Source of the DNA: Psychrobacter celer
GTDB taxonomy: Bacteria; Pseudomonadota; Gammaproteobacteria; Pseudomonadales; Moraxellaceae
Length of the DNA stretch: 24,000 bases
NCBI RefSeq assembly: GCF_016107555.1
Contig: NZ_JABASU010000030.1
Span: forward strand, 2,117 to 26,116
Direction of reading: 5' to 3'
The position numbers and the translations under genes are program-made. The notes below the pieces were generated by a model. That model saw nothing but the letters and a program-made list of their open reading frames with translations, was not told where the DNA came from and did no database searches. Numbering within the stretch: position 1 is the first letter of the stretch; the number at the start of each line of letters is the position of its first letter. Shown one piece after another: positions 16,516 through 24,000 of this stretch.

Positions 16516-17592
16516 ATGAAAACGCTCAAGCTACGCATCAAAGACAAACATGCCACTCAGCTCAATATCTTGGCTGGGTCGGTTAACTTTGTCTGGAATT
16601 ACGTCAATGAGCTAAGTTTTAAACATTTACAGCGCACAGGCAAATTCTTTTCAGCCTATGACTTGGCCGCTTATACCAAAGGTAGTGGCGAGTATTTAAA
16701 CTTGCACAGCCAAACGCTACAAGCCATCTCTGAAACCCATGCCAAAAGCCGTAAACAGTTTAAAAAAGCCAAACTCAACTGGCGCACCAACAACCCAAAG
16801 GCCAAGAGAAGAAGTTTGGGCTGGATTCCCTTTAAAAAGACCGCGATTAAGCATATCAGTACGCGCCAAAGTGGTAAAAAGTCTTTAAAAAGCACCCTAC
16901 AATTTAGCTTAGCTAACCGTCAAAAGCTGATCATTGATGTATGGGATAGCTACAATTTAGCCCTGTACAGCATCAACACCTGTGAGTTGGTACAAGACAA
17001 TCGTGGTCACTGGTACGCCTGTATCACCGTCAAAGAGTTTCCAAAGATTAAGTGTGGCACTGGCCAAGTTGGTATTGATTTAGGCTGTAAGGATTCAGCG
17101 GTCAGTAGTAATGGCGATGTTCTAACCACTAAGCTAACCCATCAATATGCTGAAAAACTGGCCATTGCCCAACGTGCTAAAAACAAAAAGCGGGTCAAAG
17201 CCATTCACGCCAAGATTAAAAACACCCGCCAAGATTTGATCCATAAATTCACATCAAAGCTTGTTAAAGCCAACAACTTAATCGTTGTTGGTAAAATCAA
17301 ATCAACATCATTCACTTCATCCAAACTGGCCAAATCCGTCTATGACGCTGGTTGGTTTGAGATTAAGCGGCAACTGGACTACAAATGCGCGAACGCAGGT
17401 TGCCACTATATCGAAGTCAATGAAGCGTACAGCACCCAAATCTGCTCGTGTTGCGGCTCTCGCCAAGACAGTCCGAAAGGTAGATCAGGTCTTGGTATAA
17501 GAGAGTGGTTTTGTCGTTCTTGTAAAACGACCCATAACAGAGATGTTAATGGAGCGAAAAACATTCTCGCGGTCGGGCTTGGCCGTCTTTAG
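16516..17592 (+). CDS. tnpB: TnpB (IS605 OrfB-type RNA-guided endonuclease family), 358 aa
   Basis: RuvC-I GIDLG (D188), zinc finger CSCCG...CRSC, RuvC-III HNRDVNGAKNIL (D343), and the SVYDAGWFEIKRQLDYK helix typical of TnpB. The expected RuvC-II E-D-L position reads IVVGKI. Confidence 0.9.
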   Translation: MKTLKLRIKDKHATQLNILAGSVNFVWNYVNELSFKHLQRTGKFFSAYDLAAYTKGSGEYLNLHSQTLQAISETHAKSRKQFKKAKLNWRTNNPKAKRRSLGWIPFKKTAIKHISTRQSGKKSLKSTLQFSLANRQKLIIDVWDSYNLALYSINTCELVQDNRGHWYACITVKEFPKIKCGTGQVGIDLGCKDSAVSSNGDVLTTKLTHQYAEKLAIAQRAKNKKRVKAIHAKIKNTRQDLIHKFTSKLVKANNLIVVGKIKSTSFTSSKLAKSVYDAGWFEIKRQLDYKCANAGCHYIEVNEAYSTQICSCCGSRQDSPKGRSGLGIREWFCRSCKTTHNRDVNGAKNILAVGLGRL

Positions 17593-17630
17593 TAGGTATC
17601 CCCTCACTTTAGGGAGGGGAGGAAGTCAAT
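17440..17630 (+). ncRNA. Putative omega RNA (reRNA) scaffold overlapping the tnpB 3' end; extent speculative
   Basis: By analogy with characterised TnpB loci, the guide RNA is transcribed from the tnpB 3' end and the transposon right end. The visible element is the hairpin TCCCCTC (17599-17605) / GAGGGGA (17614-17620), 7 nt after the stop codon. Confidence 0.3.
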
Positions 17631-17693
17631 CGATGTATTTGCTCATAAAACAAGTTGATTTATCAAATCACGTTGCCAATAAAGAAGCCCATT

Positions 17694-18803
17694 ATGCGTA
17701 CCATTACTATCAAACCAAAAGCCCTCACTCATAACTTATACCAAGTAAAAAAACTGGCCCCAAATGCTAAAGTACTCGCCATGGTCAAGTCCAATGCCTA
17801 TGGTCATGGCGTGGCGGCGGTACTGCCCGCCCTGCAGCAAGCCGACGGCATCGGTGTGGCTACTTTGGCAGAGGCTCTAGAGGCGCGGCAATTGGGCTGG
17901 CATAAAACCATTGGGCTCATTGAAGGCGCCTTTACCGCTGATGAATGGCAGACCGCCATTGCCCAAGATATCAGCTGCGTGATTCATCATGAGCCGCAGC
18001 TGATGTGGGCGCTAGACAATATCCCACCTGCCAGCAGTGCCACGCGCGTGGTTTGGCTAAAATACAATACCGGTATGAATCGCTTAGGGTTTGATGCCAA
18101 AGGCGTTATCGATGCGGCGGCGCGGCTACATGCAGGCGGCTATCAGCTGATTTTAACCACACATTTTGCCAATGCCGATGACAGCAGCCACCCGCTAAAT
18201 GCGCTACAAATTCAGCGCTTTAACGACATGCTGCAAACCTTAAAAGACACCGTCAGCGATGAAGTAAAAGGCTCGTTGTGTAACTCAGCAGGTATCGTCA
18301 ATTTTGCAGAGCATCATCATGACTGGGTACGCCCTGGTATTATTTTATATGGTAGCTCACCGGTCGTCGACCAAAGTGCAGCTACGTTAGACTTGCAGCC
18401 TGCAATGGAGCTTTGCGCCCAAATCATCGCCTTGCAGACAGTCAGTGCCAATGATGCCATCGGCTATGGCAGCTTATGGTCAGCACCGCACGATACCAAA
18501 ACCGCCCTCGTCAGTATCGGCTACGGTGACGGCTACCCTCGCGTCATCAGCAGTGACGCTTATGTGACCGTCATCAATGCCGCAGATCAGCAGCGCTATC
18601 GCTGTGCCGTGCTTGGACGCGTGGCCATGGATATGATCGTTATCGATGCCAGCACGATGCCAGCAGGCACCGCCTTAAACAGCAAAGTCATCTTATGGGG
18701 TGAGGCGCCGCACGTCGATGAAGTCGCAAGCCACGCTGGGACGATCAGCTATGAGCTATTATGTCGCCTGAGCACGCGCCCAGCCCGTATAGCCGCTCAC
18801 TAA
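17694..18803 (+). CDS. alr: Alanine racemase
   Basis: PLP-lysine motif VKSNAYGHG, LKYNTGMNRLGF, GYGDGYPR, ISYELLCRLSTR. Start taken at ATG 17694 (MRTITIKPK...); the ORF track's TTG at 17655 adds 13 residues. Confidence 0.9.
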   Translation: MRTITIKPKALTHNLYQVKKLAPNAKVLAMVKSNAYGHGVAAVLPALQQADGIGVATLAEALEARQLGWHKTIGLIEGAFTADEWQTAIAQDISCVIHHEPQLMWALDNIPPASSATRVVWLKYNTGMNRLGFDAKGVIDAAARLHAGGYQLILTTHFANADDSSHPLNALQIQRFNDMLQTLKDTVSDEVKGSLCNSAGIVNFAEHHHDWVRPGIILYGSSPVVDQSAATLDLQPAMELCAQIIALQTVSANDAIGYGSLWSAPHDTKTALVSIGYGDGYPRVISSDAYVTVINAADQQRYRCAVLGRVAMDMIVIDASTMPAGTALNSKVILWGEAPHVDEVASHAGTISYELLCRLSTRPARIAAH

Positions 18804-18955
18804 ATACCTAAACTTGAATCACTGACAGGTTTGGCATCCTGACTGGTAAAGGGTTTTATGTCATTAGCCAGTCTACACGCACAGATGGCATCGAGCCTCT
18901 ATAGCAAGTAATACCGCAGCCATATGAAAGGGTGCTGACTTGAGAAAATTGGCCG

Positions 18956-18983
18956 TTTACATTGGGCCTAATTGCGCTATACT
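18956..18983 (+). promoter_or_regulatory. Candidate sigma70 promoter upstream of argF
   Basis: TTTACA (18956-61), a 16-bp spacer, TATACT (18978-83), about 90 bp upstream of the argF ATG. Confidence 0.3.
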
Positions 18984-19074
18984 AAAAGTTTGTTGTCACC
19001 CCAGTGTGCGCGTTGAGCGCTGCTGCACAAGACTGATAACGTTTCACTGACTGCGATCGACTGCTAGGACTACT

Positions 19075-19998
19075 ATGAGTTTGCGCCATTTTTTGACTTT
19101 ATCTGATTTAACCCAACAAGAACTAGAAACCCTTATCAAACGCGCAAGCGAATTACGTAAGATGCAACATGCAGGCGAGGTCTATCAGCCTTTTGTTGGC
19201 CGTACGCTTGGCATGATTTTTGAAAAATCCTCTACTCGTACGCGTATCTCGTTTGAGACCGGCATGGGGCAATTTGGCGGTAGCGCCATCTTTTTATCAC
19301 CCAATGATACCCAGCTTGGCCGCGGTGAGCCGCTAGAGGACTCTGCACGCGTCATCTCAAGCATGGTCGATATCATCATGATTCGTACCTTTGGTCACGA
19401 AAAAGTCGAGACTTTTGCTGAGTACTCTAGTGTGCCGATTATCAATGCGCTGACCGATGAATTCCACCCTTGCCAATTGCTCGCCGACATGCAAACTTTC
19501 TATGAGCATCGCGGTAGTATCAAAAATAAAATCGTCACTTGGGTTGGCGATGGCAACAATATGTGCGCCTCCTACATGCAAGCGGCGAGTCAGTTCGGCT
19601 TTGAGCTACGCGTGGCCGCGCCTTACGGCTTTGAGCCCGATCCTAAGCTGATGGAGCGTTTCTCGCATTGCGTCAGCCTAGTCGAAGATGTGCAAGATGC
19701 GGCAAAAGACTCGCACCTTATCGTCACCGACGTCTGGGCCAGTATGGGTCAAGAGTCTGAGCAAAATACACGCGCGCGCCGCTTTGCACCCTATCAAGTG
19801 ACGCCCTCACTGCTTGATAAAGCCGACCCTGACGTGGTGTTTATGCACTGCTTGCCTGCGCACCGCGGCGAAGAAATCTCTCACGACATGCTTGATGATC
19901 CGCGCTCCGTGGTCTGGGACGAAGCGGAAAACCGCTTACATGCGCAAAAGGCCCTGATGGAGTTTTTGCTCAAGGATAAGATTAAACTATCGGTTTAA
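19075..19998 (+). CDS. argF: Ornithine carbamoyltransferase
   Basis: Carbamoyl-phosphate site [10 protein letters not shown], the HPCQLLAD motif, ornithine-binding DVWASMG and [10 protein letters not shown]. 307 aa. Confidence 0.9.
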   Translation: MSLRHFLTLSDLTQQELETLIKRASELRKMQHAGEVYQPFVGRTLGMIFEKSSTRTRISFETGMGQFGGSAIFLSPNDTQLGRGEPLEDSARVISSMVDIIMIRTFGHEKVETFAEYSSVPIINALTDEFHPCQLLADMQTFYEHRGSIKNKIVTWVGDGNNMCASYMQAASQFGFELRVAAPYGFEPDPKLMERFSHCVSLVEDVQDAAKDSHLIVTDVWASMGQESEQNTRARRFAPYQVTPSLLDKADPDVVFMHCLPAHRGEEISHDMLDDPRSVVWDEAENRLHAQKALMEFLLKDKIKLSV

Positions 19999-20049
19999 CT
20001 GATGGACAATCAATTTGTTTAAAAGCAAATCTTTTTTAAAACAGATAGC

Positions 20050-20086
20050 AAAAAGGCAGATTACTTATAGTAGTCTGCCTTTTCTT
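20050..20086. terminator. Bidirectional rho-independent terminator between convergent argF and rpiA
   Basis: AAAAGGCAGA (20051-60), loop TTACTTATAGTAG, TCTGCCTTTT (20074-83). The A-tract on one side and T-tract on the other allow termination in both directions. Confidence 0.6.
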
Positions 20087-20134
20087 AGTTTTAAGTTCTA
20101 GCTTCAAAAGTTTAACGATAAATAATGACGCCTA

Positions 20135-20797
20135 TTAACGCGTTATCGTTTCAACCCCACTACTACTCGCCTTTAGTAAAACATCGGCTTGATTGGCGGC
20201 AAAGATGCCATTACATACGACCCCAACGATATTATTTAGCTCTTTTTCAAGCGCTATAGGATTGCTGACATCTAAGTCATAAGTGTCGAGAATAACATTG
20301 CCATAATCAGTGACAAAGTCCTCACGGTAGACTGGCTCACCGCCCATTTGTGCTAGCTGACGCGCCACATAGGAGCGCGCTTGCGGCAAGACTTCGATCG
20401 GTACAGGAAACGATCGGCCTAGTATATCGACGCGTTTGCTCTCATCGACCATACAGACGAATTTATTAGACGCTGCAGCGACAATTTTTTCACGCGTCAG
20501 CGCGCCGCCGCCGCCTTTGATGAGTTGCAGATGGGCATTAACCTCATCAGCACCATCGATATAGACATCAAGCTGGCCGGCAAAGTTTAGATCGACAATC
20601 TCGATACCCAAAGCACGCAATTTGTCTTCTGTCACCTGTGAGCTGGCAACAGCACCAGCAAGCTTGACCTGCGGCAATAGCTCAATCAGGCAGTTCACCG
20701 TACTACCTGTCCCTACGCCAAGTATCATGTCATCTTCGATATAACTTAGAGCAGCTTTGGCTGCGGCTTGCTTTTGTGCTTGCTGATCACTCATCAT
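20135..20797 (-). CDS. rpiA: Ribose-5-phosphate isomerase A
   Basis: [26 protein letters not shown] motifs. 220 aa. Confidence 0.92.
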   Translation of the reverse strand: MMSDQQAQKQAAAKAALSYIEDDMILGVGTGSTVNCLIELLPQVKLAGAVASSQVTEDKLRALGIEIVDLNFAGQLDVYIDGADEVNAHLQLIKGGGGALTREKIVAAASNKFVCMVDESKRVDILGRSFPVPIEVLPQARSYVARQLAQMGGEPVYREDFVTDYGNVILDTYDLDVSNPIALEKELNNIVGVVCNGIFAANQADVLLKASSSGVETITR

Positions 20798-20855
20798 AAA
20801 TCCTTGACAGAATAAACGTATTGTCTTAAAAGTTAGAAAGTTAAAAGGCGCTCAT

Positions 20856-20884
20856 ATTATAACTGATGCTTGTTAGATATGTCA
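20856..20884 (-). promoter_or_regulatory. Candidate sigma70 promoter for rpiA
   Basis: On the minus strand: TGACAT (complement of 20879-84), a 17-bp spacer, TATAAT (complement of 20856-61), about 55 bp upstream of the rpiA start. Confidence 0.4.
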
Positions 20885-20947
20885 GCGTAAAACCAATTCT
20901 AATAATGAGGTCTTCCACCCGGAATTGATAACCCATATAAATGCCTT

Positions 20948-22258
20948 TTAAACCCCAGAGACATGAGGCAACCAAAACACTAACGCTAACAGCGTGGCTA
21001 ATAATACTGGCGGCGTAATAAGCAGCCCGATTTTCATATACTGCCCCCAGCTGATTTTATAGTCCTTTTCTGCTAAGACATGCAGCCATAACAAGGTCGC
21101 AAGGCTACCAATGGGCGTAAACTTCGGCCCCAGATCATTGCCAATCACATTGGCATAAATCATCAGCTCGCGAGTCGCTGTGGGTACTTGCGCGCTATCG
21201 ATAGCTAGTGCACCTACCAAGGTAGAAGGCATGTTATTCATAATAGAGGCCACAATCGCTGAAAGAAATCCCGTGCCTACTGTGGCGATGATATTGCCTT
21301 GCTGCCCTAACCAGTTGAGTATTTGAGCACCATAAGCCGTCAGCCCTGCGTTACCCAAGCCATAAACCACCAAGTACATACCGATTGAAAACAAGACGAT
21401 TTGCCAAGGCGCTTTACGTACGACGTCAGATACAGAAACAACCGCATCTCGCCCGCCCTGCCACCAGCGGCCTGCAATTGCTATCAGCACCAGCGCAGCA
21501 ACGACAGTCACGAAGGAGATAGGAATACCTAATGACTCAGTCGCAAAATAAGCAACCAATAACAAAGCAAGTAGCGGAAAGGCGGCTTTAAACACCAGCG
21601 GATCTTCGATAGCGGATGCAGGTGCGCTAAGATTGGCAATAGAATAGTGTGTTGGAATTTGGCGCGCATAGACTACCCACAGCACTGCTAATGTCGCGAT
21701 GACAGAGACAATATTGACTGGCACCATGACCGCCGCATAACGTCCAAAGCCGATATCAAAATAATTGGCGCTGACGATATTAACCAGATTAGAAGTCACT
21801 AACGGCAAACTTGCGGTATCAGCGATAAAGCCCGTCGCTATGATAAAAGCCAATGCCGATGGCGGTGAAAACTTAAGCCGGAGCAAGATAGCGATGACAA
21901 TCGGTGTTAGAAGTAATGCAGCGCCATCATTGGCAAAAAACGCGGAGATAAACGCGCCCAATATCACAATCATGGGAAACAACAACCGCCCTTGCCCATT
22001 GCCCAGTCTCGCCACATGGAGCGCCGCCCAACCAAAAAATCCCGCTCTGTCTAAGATAAGCGAGATGATAATTAGCGCCACGAAGGTAAAAGTCGCATCC
22101 CAAACGATGTCCCATACAATACCGACATCGGATAATTGCACCACGCCAAAAGCCAAGGCGACCAAGGCTCCGCCTAGCGCGCTCCAACCAATGCCCAAGC
22201 CTTTAGGCTGCCATATCACCAACACCAACGTCACGATAAAGATAATGAATGCAAGCAT
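20948..22258 (-). CDS. arsB: Arsenite efflux permease ArsB
   Basis: Collinear by eye with E. coli/R773 ArsB: [101 protein letters not shown]. 436 aa. Confidence 0.92.
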   Translation of the reverse strand: MLAFIIFIVTLVLVIWQPKGLGIGWSALGGALVALAFGVVQLSDVGIVWDIVWDATFTFVALIIISLILDRAGFFGWAALHVARLGNGQGRLLFPMIVILGAFISAFFANDGAALLLTPIVIAILLRLKFSPPSALAFIIATGFIADTASLPLVTSNLVNIVSANYFDIGFGRYAAVMVPVNIVSVIATLAVLWVVYARQIPTHYSIANLSAPASAIEDPLVFKAAFPLLALLLVAYFATESLGIPISFVTVVAALVLIAIAGRWWQGGRDAVVSVSDVVRKAPWQIVLFSIGMYLVVYGLGNAGLTAYGAQILNWLGQQGNIIATVGTGFLSAIVASIMNNMPSTLVGALAIDSAQVPTATRELMIYANVIGNDLGPKFTPIGSLATLLWLHVLAEKDYKISWGQYMKIGLLITPPVLLATLLALVFWLPHVSGV

Positions 22259-22301
22259 GGAGCAACCTTATTTACACCGTGTTGATTATAACTAGGAGAT
22301 A

Positions 22302-23060
22302 TTACAGCGACTTTTGATTGACACGCTGCGACACTGCTTCGGCACTTTCTACCCGTTCAGAATAGCGATCAGTCAGATAAGCCGAGCGTCCACGAGTCAG
22401 CCATGTAAACTTTACCAGCTCTTCACAGACATCGACAAGGCGCAGATACAAAGGCGACATATCCATGCGATTGTCATCATTAAATTCTAAAAAGGCCTTA
22501 GGAATAGACGATTGATTGGGGATAGTAATCATGCGCATCCAGCGCCCCAGAATGCGCAGCTGATTGACGGTATTAAAGCTTTGACTGCCACCGCTCACTT
22601 GCATCACTGCCAAGGTTTTGCCTTGGGTTGGACGTACGCCGCCCAGTGCGAGTGGTATCCAATCGATTTGTGCTTTCATAATGCTGGTGATACTGCCATG
22701 ACGCTCTGGACTCACCCACAGCATGCCCTCTGACCACTGCGCCAGCTCGCGCAACTCTTGCACCTTTGGATGATCGCTATCAGCGTCATCAGGCAGCGGC
22801 AACCCCGATGGATTAAACATCCGCACCTCACAGCCATACCAACGCAGCAGCCGACTTGCTTCCTCTGCCGCTAGCCTAGAAAATGAGCGCTCACGTAACG
22901 ACCCGTATAGCACCAGTATCTTTGGCGGATGACGTGGGTCATTTGGCGCAATCAGCGACTCAACATCTATCGGTTGTAATTGACTAGCATCAATATTGGG
23001 CAAGTCATCTAGCTTCAATGAATCCTCTGCGTGAGGCTGATTTTTATTGGCTGTTATCAT
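22302..23060 (-). CDS. arsH: ArsH, NADPH-dependent FMN reductase / organoarsenical oxidase family
   Basis: [18 protein letters not shown]..., [46 protein letters not shown]. The start ATG at 23060 overlaps the arsC 3' end by 17 nt. Confidence 0.9.
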   Translation of the reverse strand: MITANKNQPHAEDSLKLDDLPNIDASQLQPIDVESLIAPNDPRHPPKILVLYGSLRERSFSRLAAEEASRLLRWYGCEVRMFNPSGLPLPDDADSDHPKVQELRELAQWSEGMLWVSPERHGSITSIMKAQIDWIPLALGGVRPTQGKTLAVMQVSGGSQSFNTVNQLRILGRWMRMITIPNQSSIPKAFLEFNDDNRMDMSPLYLRLVDVCEELVKFTWLTRGRSAYLTDRYSERVESAEAVSQRVNQKSL

Positions 23061-23454
23061 GATAAATCGTCTCGCCGTCTTCTTTAGTAAAGCTGCTCAC
23101 TGGATTTTCTAACAATTCAAACACCCGCTCTGATGGTCGGCATAACGCTGCGCCCTTATCCGTGACCACGATAGGACGATTGATTAAGATAGGATGGGCA
23201 ATCATTGCATCGATAATATGGTCATCAGACAGCTCAGGATTGTCTAAGCCCAGCTCATCATTGACGGCTTCTTTGCTACGTAACAGCTCTCTTGGCGAGA
23301 TATCCATCTTTGCCAATAGGTCAACCAACTCGTCACGAGTCGGCGGGTTTTTTAGATACTCCACCACTTCTGGCTGCTCACCTGATGCCTTTATGATGGC
23401 AAGGGTATTGCGAGAAGTACCGCAGTTGGGGTTGTGAAAAATCAAGGGTTTCAT
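23044..23454 (-). CDS. arsC: Glutaredoxin-coupled arsenate reductase ArsC
   Basis: [21 protein letters not shown]...[15 protein letters not shown] parallels R773/E. coli ArsC ([21 protein letters not shown]...YLENPPSRDELVKLI). 136 aa. Confidence 0.9.
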   Translation of the reverse strand: MKPLIFHNPNCGTSRNTLAIIKASGEQPEVVEYLKNPPTRDELVDLLAKMDISPRELLRSKEAVNDELGLDNPELSDDHIIDAMIAHPILINRPIVVTDKGAALCRPSERVFELLENPVSSFTKEDGETIYHDNSQ

Positions 23455-23497
23455 AGCGATTTCACCTATTTTTTGAATCTAGTTATTAGGGTGTGCT

Positions 23498-23860
23498 TTA
23501 CAGACTGTCTTTTTTATCAGATTTAGCAGCCTCACAGCCGCTTAAGCTATCTATGAGCGAAGCACACAGCTCTGGATGTCCTGCGCAGCAGTCCTGCAAT
23601 AAAAACTGCACGACCGCCTCCATATGCGACAACGACGCGCGATAGATAATTTGCCGACTTTGGCGTTTTGACACTACCCACCCTGCTCGCGCCAGCACGG
23701 CTAAATGCGCGGACATGGTGTTATGCGGCACACATAGCTGACGGGCTATTTCACCTGCAGGTAGGCCGTCAGGCTCTTGACTGACCAGTAGTTTAAAGGC
23801 TTTTAGACGCGTGTCTTGAGACAGTGCGGCAAAGCTTGCGATAGCGTTAGTTATTTCCAT
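23498..23860 (-). CDS. arsR: ArsR/SmtB-family arsenite-responsive repressor
   Basis: FAALSQDTRLKAFKLL...GEIARQLCVPHNTMSAHLAVLARAGWV winged helix. Cysteine triad C91-C92-x6-C99 near the C-terminus. First gene of the arsRCHB string. Confidence 0.88.
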   Translation of the reverse strand: MEITNAIASFAALSQDTRLKAFKLLVSQEPDGLPAGEIARQLCVPHNTMSAHLAVLARAGWVVSKRQSRQIIYRASLSHMEAVVQFLLQDCCAGHPELCASLIDSLSGCEAAKSDKKDSL

Positions 23861-23895
23861 ATGTCCAATAATACAGACATATCAGAATAATGCAA
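23858..23895 (-). promoter_or_regulatory. Candidate ars promoter with overlapping dyad (possible ArsR operator)
   Basis: The minus strand reads TTGCAT - 16 bp - TATTAT - TGGACAT - ATG(arsR). The inverted repeat ATATGTC-N10-GACATAT (plus coordinates 23859-65 / 23876-82) spans the spacer, the -10 and the start codon. Confidence 0.35.
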
Positions 23896-24000
23896 TAAGT
23901 TTCGTTTATACCCAGTCAGATTACCGCCCTGTTCTATCAGATACCCAAACAAGCTGACTACCTTTTAACCGCCAAACACTCACTCCTGCCCAGCTCAGTA

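Larger units (their letters stand above)
16429..17630 (+). mobile_element. tnpB-only IS200/IS605-family (IS1341-like) element; ends approximate
   Basis: A TnpB gene with no tnpA sits between dnaB and alr, which are adjacent in E. coli. A hairpin lies just 3' of the stop codon. The left boundary is only bracketed by the dnaB terminator, and the right boundary by the hairpin and the alr start. Confidence 0.5.

Noticed and set aside
1-24000. Checked for CRISPR arrays, rRNA/tRNA genes, and the many ORF-track entries nested antisense inside larger genes (e.g. 342-674, 1535-1816, 2322-2756, 6198-6829, 9148-9709, 15250-15792, 21765-22295, 23162-23437)
   Set aside because: I saw no regularly spaced repeats and no tRNA-like cloverleaf segments. 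The nested ORFs overlap well-supported genes on the opposite strand or in another frame, and their translations resemble no protein family I recognise.

Overview
Chromosomal window, probably from a Moraxellaceae-type gammaproteobacterium; that is a guess from gene content and composition and cannot be verified here. The left ~13.4 kb is a patchwork accessory region. It holds a partial EamA transporter and a four-gene redox/hydrolase set: LLM oxidoreductase, MBL-fold lipoprotein, isochorismatase-family hydrolase and a divergent GlxA/AraC regulator. Next comes a copper module (copZ and copA driven by back-to-back CueR-type promoters, then cueR). Two 803-bp IS1-family copies in direct orientation then bracket a VIT1/CCC1-family gene. 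They are followed by an ArsO-like flavin monooxygenase, a truncated ynfA remnant, an atypical CDF transporter and the decayed left end of a third IS1-family element. The right ~10.5 kb looks like core genome: pdxA, dnaB, a tnpB-only IS200/IS605-type element inserted in the dnaB-alr junction, alr, argF, rpiA and an arsR-arsC-arsH-arsB operon. I saw no rRNA, tRNA or CRISPR array. I do not see a convincing new multi-gene system. The most unusual items are a TnpB whose canonical RuvC-II glutamate position is a glycine, a CDF with an N-terminal HMA-like domain and no C-terminal cytoplasmic domain, and the IS1-flanked metal cargo modules. All calls come from reading the translations and sequence by eye; no searches were run.
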